A stretch of DNA of 64,000 bases from Gammaproteobacteria bacterium (GCA_038142325.1 JAYQJW010000002.1:747328-811327), one strand, 5' to 3'; shown: positions 1-11,248, numbered from the stretch's first letter. The notes: generated by a model not told the origin, from the sequence alone. Numbers and translations: made by a program.

Positions 1-60
1 GTTTTTATCAAGGAAGGTGATGACTAATCTAGACAATGATATGAATATACAGGAGATACT

Positions 61-609
61 ATGACAAAGTTTAACTTACATACAATAGAGACAGCACCAG
101 CTGAATCAAAAGATATCTTACAAAAAATCAGTGATAAATGGGGCTTTATACCAAATTTCATGGCTGTTATAGCAGAATCTCCAGCTATGCTAGAAAGTTA
201 CATGGCATTGAATGATATCTTTGACAAAACATCATTAACAGAAACCGAAAGACAGATTATCCTCATGACCAATGCAAATAAACACGAGTGTACCTATTGC
301 ATGGCTGCACATACAACTGTATCACAAATGGCAAAAGTTCCTGATGATGTAATTGAGTCTTTAAGGGACAATAAGCCGATTAAAGATAAAAAATTAGAAG
401 CTTTGCGTAAATTTACTTCTATCATAAATGAAACTCGAGGCTGGCCAAGTGAAAATGAAGTAAATGATTTTCTTGCTGCTGGTTATAGCAAAGAAGTAAT
501 ATTAGATATTATTGTAGGAACTTCAATGAAAGTTATGTCTAATTATACTAACCATATAACAAATACAAAGGTTGATGAAGTATTTGAAACAAATGCATGG
601 AGTAAATAA
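61..609 (+). CDS. Carboxymuconolactone decarboxylase / AhpD-like peroxidase-related protein
   Basis: GFIPN..AESP N-terminal motif, ECTYCMAAH CxxC motif, NYTNH C-terminal motif; SD AGGAG at 51-55. Confidence 0.85.
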   Translation: MTKFNLHTIETAPAESKDILQKISDKWGFIPNFMAVIAESPAMLESYMALNDIFDKTSLTETERQIILMTNANKHECTYCMAAHTTVSQMAKVPDDVIESLRDNKPIKDKKLEALRKFTSIINETRGWPSENEVNDFLAAGYSKEVILDIIVGTSMKVMSNYTNHITNTKVDEVFETNAWSK

Positions 610-710
610 TTATTTTACAAGAAGACTATAGTCTGATACTTTTTAAATAACGTTAGTTGTATCACATTATTGCGTAATATCTCTAGCAGATTAACCTACT
701 GGAGATAATT

Positions 711-788
711 ATGAAATCTATGAAAGATATAGCTGTAACAGTGATTATATTAGTTGCTTTTCTAGCATTTATAAAATATTTCGCTTAA
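711..788 (+). CDS. Small 25-aa single-pass membrane peptide (MKSMKDIAVTVIILVAFLAFIKYFA)
   Basis: GGAGA SD at 701-705, ATG 711, one hydrophobic stretch, TAA 786-788; below the ORF-track cutoff. Confidence 0.55.
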   Translation: MKSMKDIAVTVIILVAFLAFIKYFA

Positions 789-866
789 TAAAGTAAAAGC
801 ACATGTCTACTTGAACGTTATTTGTAATTAGCAAACAAATTCTATTATTGCTTTATTTATAAAACG

Positions 867-1025
867 ATGCGTAATAAAAAAATAGTAAATTTTTGGAAAG
901 ATACGAATACTTGGCGTGACGAACCAGATTTTTGGAGAAAAGGTATAATGAAAAAATTACCCGTACTTGCCTCCTTATCATTTGTATTATTCTCCGGTAT
1001 CATCTTAACTCTACTGCTAAAGTAA
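867..1025 (+). CDS. Small 52-aa protein with C-terminal transmembrane helix
   Basis: Translated by hand: MRNKKIVNFWKDTNTWRDEPDFWRKGIMKKLPVLASLSFVLFSGIILTLLLK; fills the gap before the lipoprotein gene. Confidence 0.5.
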   Translation: MRNKKIVNFWKDTNTWRDEPDFWRKGIMKKLPVLASLSFVLFSGIILTLLLK

Positions 1026-1036
1026 CTTCTTCTGGC

Positions 1037-1495
1037 ATGAGGCTATTTCAAATAATTTTCCTTTCATTTTTTTTATTTAGCTGTACTAGTAAAAATAATA
1101 CTAATGAAGTTAGCGAATTATTATGTACTTTTAAAACATCAACATCAAACAATGTAGACTTTTCTATTAAATTTAATGATGACTATGCAGAAATTAAATC
1201 ATGGTGGATAGATCGAGGCTATAAAGATTTGATTATTGATTATCATGAAGGTGAAAATGATATATTTCGTAAATATGAAATTAAAGAAAATATTAAAATC
1301 TTCGATAAATCTAATAATAAAAAAGTATTTATAAAAATAAATAGAAAAACTCTAGATGGGACAATATTAGATGAATCAATCACAAGATCAAAACTTAAAT
1401 GTAATCTTGATCCAAAAGCTACCTATAAAATGAGTTTAAAAATTGCTATTGGTAAAAAGAATTATGAGGCTTATAGAAAACAAAAAGGTTATTGA
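1037..1495 (+). CDS. Hypothetical lipoprotein
   Basis: Start at ATG 1037 gives MRLFQIIFLSFFLFSC (signal peptide II, lipobox LFSC); the TTG start at 932 overlaps the 52-aa ORF. Confidence 0.65.
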   Translation: MRLFQIIFLSFFLFSCTSKNNTNEVSELLCTFKTSTSNNVDFSIKFNDDYAEIKSWWIDRGYKDLIIDYHEGENDIFRKYEIKENIKIFDKSNNKKVFIKINRKTLDGTILDESITRSKLKCNLDPKATYKMSLKIAIGKKNYEAYRKQKGY

Positions 1496-1496
1496 G

Positions 1497-2638
1497 CTAA
1501 GAAAATAAATCCTTAGTATTATTAATTTTTTTGATTATATCTGGAATATTTTTCTTAAAGTTAAAAAAGCCTTTTTTTGAAAATTGCCAACAGGTTAAGT
1601 CATGTTCATGATAGATAAAATTAATATCACCAGTTTTAGAATGAGAATTGATGTAAGTGAGATTATCACCAATATTAGGATAAATTATATCGATAGATTT
1701 ACTATCTAAGAGAGAAATACACTCATGACCATCAAGTATTACAGATCCTTCGAACTTTGATGAGATATCATCTATTATTGATTTTTTAAATGATATGACA
1801 TTTTCAGATAAAGAAATACTACGATGATCGTTTGATAAAAAAATAAAATATAATTTGTCATAATTATTTTTTATATCATTGATGAATTGATAATCTAGAT
1901 TATCGTCAAAAATAAGAAGAGTATTATTATCTGACTTTTGATTTGAAAAATATATTTCATTAATATCATATGTTTTTTGTACTGGAATTGGTTCTGCATC
2001 TTCTATTAAATTATTAGGTCTAAGTCTTCCACTAGTATATTTTGCGATATTCGCACTGGTAGCAAGATAGTTTTTACCAATAGTTTGTAGTCCAGCTACC
2101 CAACGCCAACTTAAGGTGTTAGATGCTGAATCACCATCATATAAGTGATGCAAAAAAAAGTTTGCGCCTAATTGCCAAGGTAATTTTAAAGTAAAAATCC
2201 AGACGCTCGCAAACCACATTCTAGTATGATTATGTAAGTAGTTTGTTGTTTTAAGTTCACTGACCCAATCGTTAAAACAATCTATATCTGTACAACCTGA
2301 ATATGCTTTTTCTAAATCATCTTTATTTACATTTGAGTTATCATAACGTACGTAGTCATGCCATACGTCTGGTCTATGTTCTAGCCATCCTTTCCAATAG
2401 ACTCTCCAAAATACTTCCTGAATAAATTTTTCTACTTTATTGAATTTATGTTTCTCTAGAACTTTTTTACAACATCATATTCATTTAATACCCTGTGTGA
2501 GATATATTTCGATAACATAGAGACATTTTTGCGATTTTGTGGACCAAAATCATAGTTTCTATCTTTTGAATATGAGGAAAGGTCTTTGTCTATATATTCA
2601 TCTAATTCATTTAAGGCTGTATCGTAATAATTATCCAT
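1497..2638 (-). CDS. Short DNA photolyase with N-terminal FAD-binding domain (NewPHL-like); one apparent frameshift near 2463
   Basis: Joining frames gives SMLSKYISHR..KFIQEVFWRVYWKGWLE..YLHNHTRMWFASVW..LYDGDSASNTLSWRWVAGLQT, about 380 aa; one A missing in an A6 run. Confidence 0.85.
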
Positions 2639-2712
2639 AGAATTACATTATAAGTATTAAAAAGTAATTATAACTTAAATATTAAAGTAAATTATAAATG
2701 GTACTGATACAC

Positions 2713-3009
2713 CTAGGCTGATACCACCGAAAAAGAAAAAGCAAAATGAGATACCCATACTGCTGAGATAAATTTTCTAAAGATAGGGCTCGAGTCTTTG
2801 AGCTTATCGTCAACAGATTCTTTTCCAAAAATATACTCGTAATTTGAATTTACATATTTACAATAATAAACATAGATAATTGATACTATTGAAAATATAA
2901 ATAAATTCAAAAAAAGTAAATCATTAAAAAAGGATAACCAATACAAAGTAGAAACAAGTATTGGTAATAGAATATCTCTTAAAAAAACTGGCATTGGACT
3001 ATCATACAT
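2713..3009 (-). CDS. Hypothetical membrane protein
   Basis: 98-aa ORF with hydrophobic segments; no recognisable motif. Confidence 0.5.
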   Translation of the reverse strand: MYDSPMPVFLRDILLPILVSTLYWLSFFNDLLFLNLFIFSIVSIIYVYYCKYVNSNYEYIFGKESVDDKLKDSSPIFRKFISAVWVSHFAFSFSVVSA

Positions 3010-3058
3010 GAATATAAAATTGAAAGAAGAATAATATTAGTTATTTATTAAATTAATA

Positions 3059-3440
3059 TTAAATAACTGTTTGAAGCAGTTCTGCAAACTTAAATATTAT
3101 TATAAACATTGCAACTAATGCACAAAAGAAAAGAAATGAAATTACAGGAAGAACAAGATGTTGTGCGTTATTTCCAAGAAAAGCCATCACTCCTTTCTCT
3201 ATGATCTTTTGGAGAAAAAACATGATATTGCCGAATATAATTGAGGCCACAACAGGTCCCACTATAAAGTAAATAAATGGTTTTAGAGAATATACATCAG
3301 AAAAGCCTGCATCATTAGAATAAATATATAGGCTTGATAAGAACCAAAAAACTGCGGCAATAATATATTTATTTTTTTTTAGCCTTATGCTCTTGAATTT
3401 CTTGCTGTGCCGCTTTTCTTCTTTCTTCTGCTTTACTCAT
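3059..3440 (-). CDS. Hypothetical membrane protein (~126 aa); apparent frameshift in A9 run at 3372-3380
   Basis: MSKAEERRKAAQQEIQEHKAKK joins NKYIIAAVFWFLSS...GPVVASIIFGN if one A is removed; starts 1 nt after the efp stop. Confidence 0.6.
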
Positions 3441-3441
3441 T

Positions 3442-3999
3442 TTATGCTCTCGATGAATATTCACCTGTAGTTGGGTTAACCTTAATTTCCTCATCCTGTT
3501 TAATAAAAGCTGGAACTTTAATAGTAATTCCATTATCAAGTTCAGCATCTTTAAGAGTTGTAGATACAGTATCACCTTTTGCAACACTTTCAGTAGACGT
3601 TACCTTGCAAGTAATAAGATTTGGTAGAGTTACGTCTATTATTGCATCATTCCAAAGAGTAACATCACACTCATCACCATCATTGAGCCATCTAGGGTCA
3701 AAATCAACTGAAGATGCAGCTAACTCTAATTGTTCATAAGATTCTAAATTCATAAAAAAAAGATTATTTGACTCTTGATATAGGAACTGCATTGATGTGT
3801 TTAAGACATCAGCTTCGTCTACCTCCTCTCCAATCTTTATAGTTTTTTCAATTGTTTTTTTATTTAGTAGATTTTTAATTTTAATTTTAGTAAAGGCCTG
3901 CCCTTTACCAGGATTAACAAAATCTGTTTCAATTATCAGATAAGGCTGTTTGTCGACAAGTATCTTGTTGCCGCTTTTAAGTAGCGAATGATCTACCAT
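3442..3999 (-). CDS. efp: Elongation factor P
   Basis: PGKGQAF loop, QFLY, GDT, VPAFI..G EY motifs. Confidence 0.95.
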   Translation of the reverse strand: MVDHSLLKSGNKILVDKQPYLIIETDFVNPGKGQAFTKIKIKNLLNKKTIEKTIKIGEEVDEADVLNTSMQFLYQESNNLFFMNLESYEQLELAASSVDFDPRWLNDGDECDVTLWNDAIIDVTLPNLITCKVTSTESVAKGDTVSTTLKDAELDNGITIKVPAFIKQDEEIKVNPTTGEYSSRA

Positions 4000-4913
4000 T
4001 AACTTAGCTGTTCTTGACTAGAAGATTCAATTTGCGCATTTTCTAGTGCTTCAATTCTCTTTCTAAGTGGCGGATGAGTTGAAAACAATTTTTGTAATGT
4101 GCTAGATTGTCCTTTATTTGATATTCCAAAAGCGAGCATTTGATCTGGAAGAGGTGCAGCTACTTGTCTTTCAAGTGCTTTTAGTGCATCAATCATTTTA
4201 GCTTTGGAAGTTAATTGAGCACCGCCTATATCTGCTCTGAATTCTCTCATTCTAGAGAACCAGCAGACTATAGTTGAAGCTAATATGCCAAGGATCACTT
4301 GTGCAAATATTACTGTGAAGAAATATCCAATACCAAAACCTATTTCATTTTTTCAAATAACACGGGCAACGACATGTCCAATTACTCGAGAGAAAAATAT
4401 AACAAAAGCATTTACAATACCTTGTATCAAAGTAAGTGTGACCATATCACCATTTGCAACATGACTCATCTCATGCCCAATTACAGCTTCAATTTCATCT
4501 CTATTCATTGCACTGATAAGACCTGTACTTAATGCAACAAGAGAACTATTTTTAGAAGAACCGGTAGCAAAAGCGTTTGGTTGAGGTGAGTTGAAAATAC
4601 CTACCTCTGGCATTTTAAGACCTAGCTGGTCTGATTGTTTTTTAACTATATCAAGATACCATCTTTCAAATTCATTCGATGGAGAGTTAATTAATTTAAC
4701 ACCAGCCATAGATTTAGCCATCCATTTTGACATGTATAGCGAAATGAATGAGCCGCCCATACCAAAGACTAGAGAAAATAGCATTAAGGAATCATAATCG
4801 AGATCAACACCGTTTGATTGAAGTATTCCTGTAAAACCTGTAAGAGATAAAAATATGCTCAGTACGAAGAGTATGGCTATGTTTACAACGATAAAATAGA
4901 AAATTCTTTTCAT
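3999..4913 (-). CDS. htpX: Protease HtpX; apparent frameshift near 4348-4357
   Basis: [20 protein letters not shown] zinc motif, [17 protein letters not shown]; split into two track ORFs. Confidence 0.93.
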
Positions 4914-7168
4914 TTTGTACCTATATTATAAGTTAATTTCTCATTCTTGTGGATAAATTTGTTTTCGATTTTCTTTCCACGCCTTGTTCTATTCATAATA
5001 TATGGTTCCAAATCATCAAATTCAATGAATTTTGACCTTTTATTTTTCGCGCTTACTTCAATGCGCTCACCTTTTTTAATTACCCCAATAAAAATAATTT
5101 TTTCATTATTTTCAGATTTTGGGATATTTATTAATTTAACACCTTTGCCTTTACTTAAAACCGGAGCGTCTGAAACTGAAGATAGAATCATATAGTGGTT
5201 ACTTGTAATAATAATGTAGTAATCATATTCATTTGTATTTACTGATATTGGTTTTATCAAGTTTGATGCTTTATTTTTAAATATGGATTTACCGTTCTTG
5301 TTAGATGAATTTAAATCATCATTTGAACAAAGAAAACCATAACCAGATTCTGAACAAAGTAATGTATGAATAGGTTCAGACGGATTAATCATTCCGACGG
5401 CATGCACTCCATCATTTATATTAAAATATTTTTTTAGAGATTCTCCATATCCTCTGCCAGATGGAATATCATTTACTGCCATTGTATAAACAAAACCTTT
5501 TTGATCAAACAAAGCAATATCTTTGTTGTTATCAATATTTAAATGATCTAAATATGAATCACCTGATTTAAAATTTAAATTATCTAGCGATTCTAATATT
5601 CCCTTATTTGATTTTATCCATCCATTGGCAGATAAAATAACTGACATAGGGTCATTAGATATTTTAATTTCTTTTTTAATTTGTTTTGATGATGATGCTT
5701 GTTCAACTATGCTCGTTTTTCTATCTACAGCATATTCCTCGCTAATAGAATCTAGTTCATCTGAGATAATATTATTAAGTTTTGTTTTTGATTTAAGAAT
5801 TGAATTAATTTCTTTATTTCTTAAGGAAAGTTCTTTGAACTCGCTTTTGATTTTATTTTCCTCAAGTTTAGCAATATTTCGTAATCTCATATTAATGATT
5901 GCTTCATATTGAGCTTGTGTAAACTTACCTATTTTCATAATTTTAGGTTTAGGATTATCTTCATTTCTAAGAATATTTATTATTTTATCAAGGTGCTGGT
6001 AAACTACTAAGAAACCTTCAAGAATATGTAGTCGTTCTAATATTTGAGTGTTTTCGTAATTAAGTTTTCTTTTAACAGTTTCAATTCTAAAATCTAGCCA
6101 TTGCGATAAAATATCTTTAAGATTCATGACGCATGGCTTACCATCAGCTGTAATCATGTTTAGATTGACCCTATAGCTTCTCTCTAAGTCTGTTGTAAAA
6201 TATAGATGATTCATTACATCATCAGAGCTGTGCGTTGTTCCTTTTATTTTAATTAATATTTTAACGGGATTATTTTCATCTGACTGATCTTCAATAGAAC
6301 TGATAAAACCAATTTTCTTATCAATCATCTGGGATTGAATTTGATCAATAATTTTTGTTGTAGAAGCCTGATATGGTAATGTGTAAATAAGAATCTGTTT
6401 ATTTTTAGAAGAATACTCAGCTCTTAATTTTATATTCCCAGTACCTTCATTATAGATAGTTTCAATATCTGATTCATTTTTTAAGAGAGTACCGCCCGTT
6501 GGATAATCAGGGGCAGGAATAAAATCCATCAATTCATCAACATTACATTTAGGTTTTTTAATGAGATGTTGAACTGCAAGAATTACTTCGCCTAAATTAT
6601 GTGGCGGAATGTCAGTTGACATTCCAACAGCAATACCAGAACTTCCATTTACTAATATATTAGGTATTAAGGAGGATAGAAACTTAGGTTCTTTAAGAGA
6701 GCCATCAAAATTGTCTATCCATTCAACTGTACCATTTTTTAAATCTTGTAATAGAAGATCAGAATATTTAGTTAGTTTTGATTCGGTGTACCTCATGGCT
6801 GCAAAAGATTTAGGATCATCTTGTGTGCCCCAATTACCCTGTCCGTCAATCAATGGTGCGTTGTAATTGAATGATTGAGCCATCATTACCATAGCTTCAT
6901 AACAGGCTGAATCACCATGAGGATGAAACTTACCCAAGACATCACCAACAGTTCTTGCAGATTTTTTATACTTTGAATTATATTTCAAACCTAACTCACT
7001 CATAGCATAAATGATTCTTCTTTGAACGGGTTTTAGACCATCTAAAAGACTCGGGAGGGCCCGATCAAGGATTACATACATAGAATAATTTAGATATGCA
7101 TCTTCACTGAATCTTCCGATGGATACTCTATCTATACTTGATGAAAATAAATCTTTATTATTTGACAT
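4910..7168 (-). CDS. parC: DNA topoisomerase IV subunit A
   Basis: [44 protein letters not shown] catalytic Tyr; follows parE. Confidence 0.95.
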   Translation of the reverse strand: MSNNKDLFSSSIDRVSIGRFSEDAYLNYSMYVILDRALPSLLDGLKPVQRRIIYAMSELGLKYNSKYKKSARTVGDVLGKFHPHGDSACYEAMVMMAQSFNYNAPLIDGQGNWGTQDDPKSFAAMRYTESKLTKYSDLLLQDLKNGTVEWIDNFDGSLKEPKFLSSLIPNILVNGSSGIAVGMSTDIPPHNLGEVILAVQHLIKKPKCNVDELMDFIPAPDYPTGGTLLKNESDIETIYNEGTGNIKLRAEYSSKNKQILIYTLPYQASTTKIIDQIQSQMIDKKIGFISSIEDQSDENNPVKILIKIKGTTHSSDDVMNHLYFTTDLERSYRVNLNMITADGKPCVMNLKDILSQWLDFRIETVKRKLNYENTQILERLHILEGFLVVYQHLDKIINILRNEDNPKPKIMKIGKFTQAQYEAIINMRLRNIAKLEENKIKSEFKELSLRNKEINSILKSKTKLNNIISDELDSISEEYAVDRKTSIVEQASSSKQIKKEIKISNDPMSVILSANGWIKSNKGILESLDNLNFKSGDSYLDHLNIDNNKDIALFDQKGFVYTMAVNDIPSGRGYGESLKKYFNINDGVHAVGMINPSEPIHTLLCSESGYGFLCSNDDLNSSNKNGKSIFKNKASNLIKPISVNTNEYDYYIIITSNHYMILSSVSDAPVLSKGKGVKLINIPKSENNEKIIFIGVIKKGERIEVSAKNKRSKFIEFDDLEPYIMNRTRRGKKIENKFIHKNEKLTYNIGTK

Positions 7169-9062
7169 TAGTTTGTTTGAGCAAGATTACCTTTTTTTCT
7201 AACCATTTTTTTCTATCCAGTGATGTTTTCTTTGATAACATCATATCCAATATTTTCATATCTTTAGCTTTGTTCTCAAGTGACAACAATAGTAGCTTGC
7301 GAGAAACAGGGCTCAATGTTGTCTCACGCAATTGAGATGGGTTCATCTCTCCTAAACCCTTAAATCTAGTTATGCTTACACCTGTATCAGTATTTTTAAT
7401 TTTATTTTTTTTAAATACATCATTCATGTTTTCTTCTGAAATTGCATAAAAGATATCTTTCTTATAATCAATTCGATACAGAGGCGGTAATGCAACGTAT
7501 ATGTGCTCATTGATTACAAGATCTGGATAATGTTTAACGAATAATGCAATCAGAAGTGTAGCAATGTGCAGACCATCTGAATCGGCATCCGCTAATATAC
7601 AAATTTTACCGTAGCGTAAATTAGAAATATCTGAGTTACCAGGTTGAACACCAATAGAGGTACTGATATCTTGAACTTCTTTTGATTCTAAAATTTTGCT
7701 TGATGTGACTTCCCAGGTATTAAGAATTTTTCCACGTAGGGGAAGAATTGCTTGAAAGTTTCTATCTCGTGCTTTTTTTGCTGAACCTCCAGCAGAATCG
7801 CCCTCAACTAAAAAAAGTTCATTATTAAGTACATCTTTACTTGAGCAGTCAGATAAGCGGCTGGGCATGATTACATTCTTAGAGATTGTTTTTGTTTTTT
7901 TTGATGTTGAAGACAATCTAGATTGCGCATTACTTATAGCAATGTTACAAATTTCTTCTGATATCTCAGTATGGTTGTTTAACCATATTTCTAAACGATC
8001 CTTGAGTTGACTGGTAAGTTTTGATGCAATAGATGTTGATTGCAATTTATTTTTTGTTTGTCCTACAAATTGTGGATCCGATATTTTTAGCGAGATAAGA
8101 TATGAAGTATTTCTCCAAACATCATCAGGTATTATTTTAATATTTTTAGGTACGATATTATGGGAAGTCATGAAATCACGCACTGATTCAGTTACAGCTG
8201 ATTTCAAAGAATTTACATGCGTTCCACCATCTGAAGTTGGTATAAGATTCACATAACTGTCTTGGATTACAAAATCAGATTCTTTTGTCCAAGAAAGTGC
8301 TGATGATACCTCAAACAAATCTGTCTCTAACTCAATTAGGATAGGTTGTTTTGGTATAAGCTCAGGAGATTCATGTACTGATTTTAAATAATCATCCAGT
8401 GATCCTTTATGACAATATACTTTTTTTATATTATTTTTTTTATCTAAAATCTTAAGTGCTAGTCCTGGTTTAAGAATTGACTTAGCTTCTAAAAGCTTGT
8501 GTAGTCGAGCTGTATCAATATTTGAATTATCAAAGTACTTTGAGTTTGGTTTAAATGTAATCTTCGTCCCATGAGAATTCTTTGTAGACTTTGATATCGT
8601 TTTTAATTTGTCTTTTACGAGACCATTTTTAAAAGTAATTCGATGTACATCGGTATCTCCGTTGCGCTCAATATCAACTGTTAAATATTCTGAAAGCGCA
8701 CTGACTACAGATACACCAACACCATGCAGGCCTCCCGAGTACTTATAATTTTTATTACTAAATTTTGCTCCAGAATGTAAATTAGTCATAATTACTTCTA
8801 CACCAGATTTTTTATACTCAGGATGAATATCTACAGGCATCCCTCTTCCATCATCTTTAACCGTAAATGATTCATCTTCATTGAGAGTAATGTCAATATT
8901 GTTACAATATCCTGCAATTGATTCGTCAACACAGTTATCTATCACCTCTTGAAGCAAATGATTCGGGTTAGTTGTATCTGTATACATGCCAGGTCTTTTT
9001 TGAACAGGCTCGATACCTTTTAAGATTTCAATATCTGATGCAGTGTATGTTTTTTTTACCAT
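7158..9062 (-). CDS. parE: DNA topoisomerase IV subunit B (true end probably 7168)
   Basis: [54 protein letters not shown]; adding one A near 7192 gives [12 protein letters not shown] with a TAATG overlap into parC. Confidence 0.95.
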   Translation of the reverse strand: MVKKTYTASDIEILKGIEPVQKRPGMYTDTTNPNHLLQEVIDNCVDESIAGYCNNIDITLNEDESFTVKDDGRGMPVDIHPEYKKSGVEVIMTNLHSGAKFSNKNYKYSGGLHGVGVSVVSALSEYLTVDIERNGDTDVHRITFKNGLVKDKLKTISKSTKNSHGTKITFKPNSKYFDNSNIDTARLHKLLEAKSILKPGLALKILDKKNNIKKVYCHKGSLDDYLKSVHESPELIPKQPILIELETDLFEVSSALSWTKESDFVIQDSYVNLIPTSDGGTHVNSLKSAVTESVRDFMTSHNIVPKNIKIIPDDVWRNTSYLISLKISDPQFVGQTKNKLQSTSIASKLTSQLKDRLEIWLNNHTEISEEICNIAISNAQSRLSSTSKKTKTISKNVIMPSRLSDCSSKDVLNNELFLVEGDSAGGSAKKARDRNFQAILPLRGKILNTWEVTSSKILESKEVQDISTSIGVQPGNSDISNLRYGKICILADADSDGLHIATLLIALFVKHYPDLVINEHIYVALPPLYRIDYKKDIFYAISEENMNDVFKKNKIKNTDTGVSITRFKGLGEMNPSQLRETTLSPVSRKLLLLSLENKAKDMKILDMMLSKKTSLDRKKWLEKKVILLKQTNVK

Positions 9063-9104
9063 CGTTGTGTATAATAAGATTACACTATCCCGCAGTTAAT
9101 ATAA

Positions 9105-10523
9105 ATGAATTATGTATTTTATGATTTTGAAACATCCGGATTAAATTTTTATTTTGATCAACCTATTCAGCTCGCAGCTAAATTAGTTGATGATCAATTC
9201 AACGTACTAGATCAAATAAATGAAAAGTGTAGATTGAGAGATGGTGTAATTCCCTCTCCTGCTGCCATGCTTATTACAAAAACAGATCTTGAGGATTTAG
9301 ATAATAGGCAATCATTTTATGAATTTATGGATAAAGTCCATAATAAATTTTCATCATGGTCGCCTGCAGTGTTTATAGGCTACAATAATATTAATTTTGA
9401 TGAAAAGTTTTTAAGATCTAGTTTTTTTCAATCTTTACACGCACCATATTTAACCAATACAAACAATAATTCGCGATCAGATTTATTTAAAATAATTCTA
9501 GCAATTTGTAATTTAGAAAAGCCTTATTTAAATATACCTATTGATGGTGAAAAAGGTCGTAAAATCTTAAAACTTGAAAATTTAGCAGCGAATAACAACA
9601 TTAGTCATGAATTTGCACATGATGCAATGAGTGATGTAGATGCAACTATTGGTATAGCTGAAATTATCAAGAAAAATGATGATGATTTATGGAAACATTT
9701 GATGACATTTACAAATCATAAAGACGTAAGTAAATTCATTGGCGATAATAAAATTTTTATTATACCTCCAACAACCTCACATGGTGATTACACCCCAGTT
9801 TGTTACTTGACAAGTAACCCAGATAATCAAAAGGAGATGATATTTTTTAACTTAAAAGAAGAGGTAACAGATGAAATTATTAACTCTAGAACAAGAAATA
9901 TTGGGGCATTGTTTAAGAATAAAACATTAAAAAAGATAAAAAGTAATGACTATCCTGTTCTATTGCTTCAAGAAAACTTATCTGGTGATATTAAAGATGA
10001 TTTCGATAAGAATTTAAATCTATATGAGAGTAAATCAAATTTAATAACCTCATCAAGTAATTTTGTCATGAATGTGAATCAATACTTAGTTGACCAACTT
10101 GCAGACTATCAGGTTGACAGCAGAGACTATATCTCTGCATCTGAGCATGTAGATGAAATGTTATATAGTGGATTCACAGGTCCAAGTGACTGGAAGATAT
10201 TGGAAGAAATTAAAATACTAGATGATTCAAATAATATTTTAACAAATCTTGAAAGATTAGAGGATAAAAGACTAATTGAGTTATATAAAAGAAAATTGTA
10301 TTCCGATAATAAAAATCTTTTGACAGAAGGGATAATTGAAAATCAAAAAAAATATATACGTGAAAAAATATTCAATGAATCAGAAAAAGTAACATGGACA
10401 ACTCTTGCTAAGGCTAGATCTGAGCTTAATAAAATCTCACAAGATGAGAGATTTAAAAGCATGGGCAATGAGATTAAAAAAATTGAGAAATATTTAGATA
10501 AAATCGAGAAGAATTTTAGTTAG
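9105..10523 (+). CDS. sbcB: Exodeoxyribonuclease I (DEDDh 3'-5' exonuclease)
   Basis: FYDFETSG, GYNNINFDE, LKLENLA..N.I.H..AHDAMSDVDATI; 472 aa. Confidence 0.8.
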   Translation: MNYVFYDFETSGLNFYFDQPIQLAAKLVDDQFNVLDQINEKCRLRDGVIPSPAAMLITKTDLEDLDNRQSFYEFMDKVHNKFSSWSPAVFIGYNNINFDEKFLRSSFFQSLHAPYLTNTNNNSRSDLFKIILAICNLEKPYLNIPIDGEKGRKILKLENLAANNNISHEFAHDAMSDVDATIGIAEIIKKNDDDLWKHLMTFTNHKDVSKFIGDNKIFIIPPTTSHGDYTPVCYLTSNPDNQKEMIFFNLKEEVTDEIINSRTRNIGALFKNKTLKKIKSNDYPVLLLQENLSGDIKDDFDKNLNLYESKSNLITSSSNFVMNVNQYLVDQLADYQVDSRDYISASEHVDEMLYSGFTGPSDWKILEEIKILDDSNNILTNLERLEDKRLIELYKRKLYSDNKNLLTEGIIENQKKYIREKIFNESEKVTWTTLAKARSELNKISQDERFKSMGNEIKKIEKYLDKIEKNFS

Positions 10524-11247
10524 CTTGATTGATGAATGCTAATATTTTTTTATAATTTTGATATCCCGGTATTATTCTACCATCATCTAAAAAGATAGTT
10601 GGCGTGCCCTCTACAGATAATATTCCAGCATATTCAAAGTTTTTATCAAGCGGGTTATCACAACCGTTACTTTCATCGAGTAATTCTCCTTGAAACAGAT
10701 CTTCAACAGAACTTACTCTGTCTTCAGAGCACCATGCAGATAGTAACTGCTGATAAGCATCGACAGTATTACCATTTCTAGAGAATAATACATATCTCAC
10801 TTCTACATTGTTTTCCAGCAAATCTGGAATCTCATTATGGAGTTTTTGACAATAAGGACATGATGAATCTGTAAATACAGTCATAATATGATTTGATTTT
10901 TGTGGCTTATAAATAATCATATTATTAGGGTCTATAGATTCTATTACTGCTATTCTTTGTTTCATCTTTGTATTTTCAGTAATGCTTTCTTTTGTATCTA
11001 GATTAATGACGTTTCCTACAATTAAATATTTACCATCATTAGTTGCATAATATATTTGATTGTTGATTATGATTTCATGAAAGTTTTCATCTATTTTTTT
11101 TATATTTTCAATATTTACATTAGGATAAGCTTCAGATACAACTTTTTTAATATCAGCATCTTCTATGCCTTTTTTAATATCAGCATCTTCTTTTTTTGCA
11201 CATGAAAAAAGAACTGACAGAGCTATGAATATAAAAAGATTTTTCAT
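10516..11247 (-). CDS. dsbC: Thiol:disulfide isomerase DsbC family
   Basis: VFTDSSCPYCQKLH, GTPT; downstream of xerD as in E. coli. Confidence 0.9.
   Translation of the reverse strand: MKNLFIFIALSVLFSCAKKEDADIKKGIEDADIKKVVSEAYPNVNIENIKKIDENFHEIIINNQIYYATNDGKYLIVGNVINLDTKESITENTKMKQRIAVIESIDPNNMIIYKPQKSNHIMTVFTDSSCPYCQKLHNEIPDLLENNVEVRYVLFSRNGNTVDAYQQLLSAWCSEDRVSSVEDLFQGELLDESNGCDNPLDKNFEYAGILSVEGTPTIFLDDGRIIPGYQNYKKILAFINQAN
11142..11191. repeat. In-frame tandem duplication: 23 identical bp, 27-bp period
   Basis: cttttttaatatcagcatcttct at 11142-11164 and 11169-11191; encodes EDADIKK twice in DsbC. Confidence 0.9.
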
Positions 11248-11248
11248 A

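Noticed and set aside
21-51. TAGACA/TATACA motifs upstream of the AhpD-like gene as a second CarH-type operator
   Set aside because: Spacing is 16 bp rather than 11 and the region is cut by the window edge; insufficient support.
932-1036. N-terminal 35 aa of the 187-aa track ORF
   Set aside because: A start at ATG 1037 gives a clean lipoprotein signal, and the upstream part is better explained by the 867-1025 ORF.
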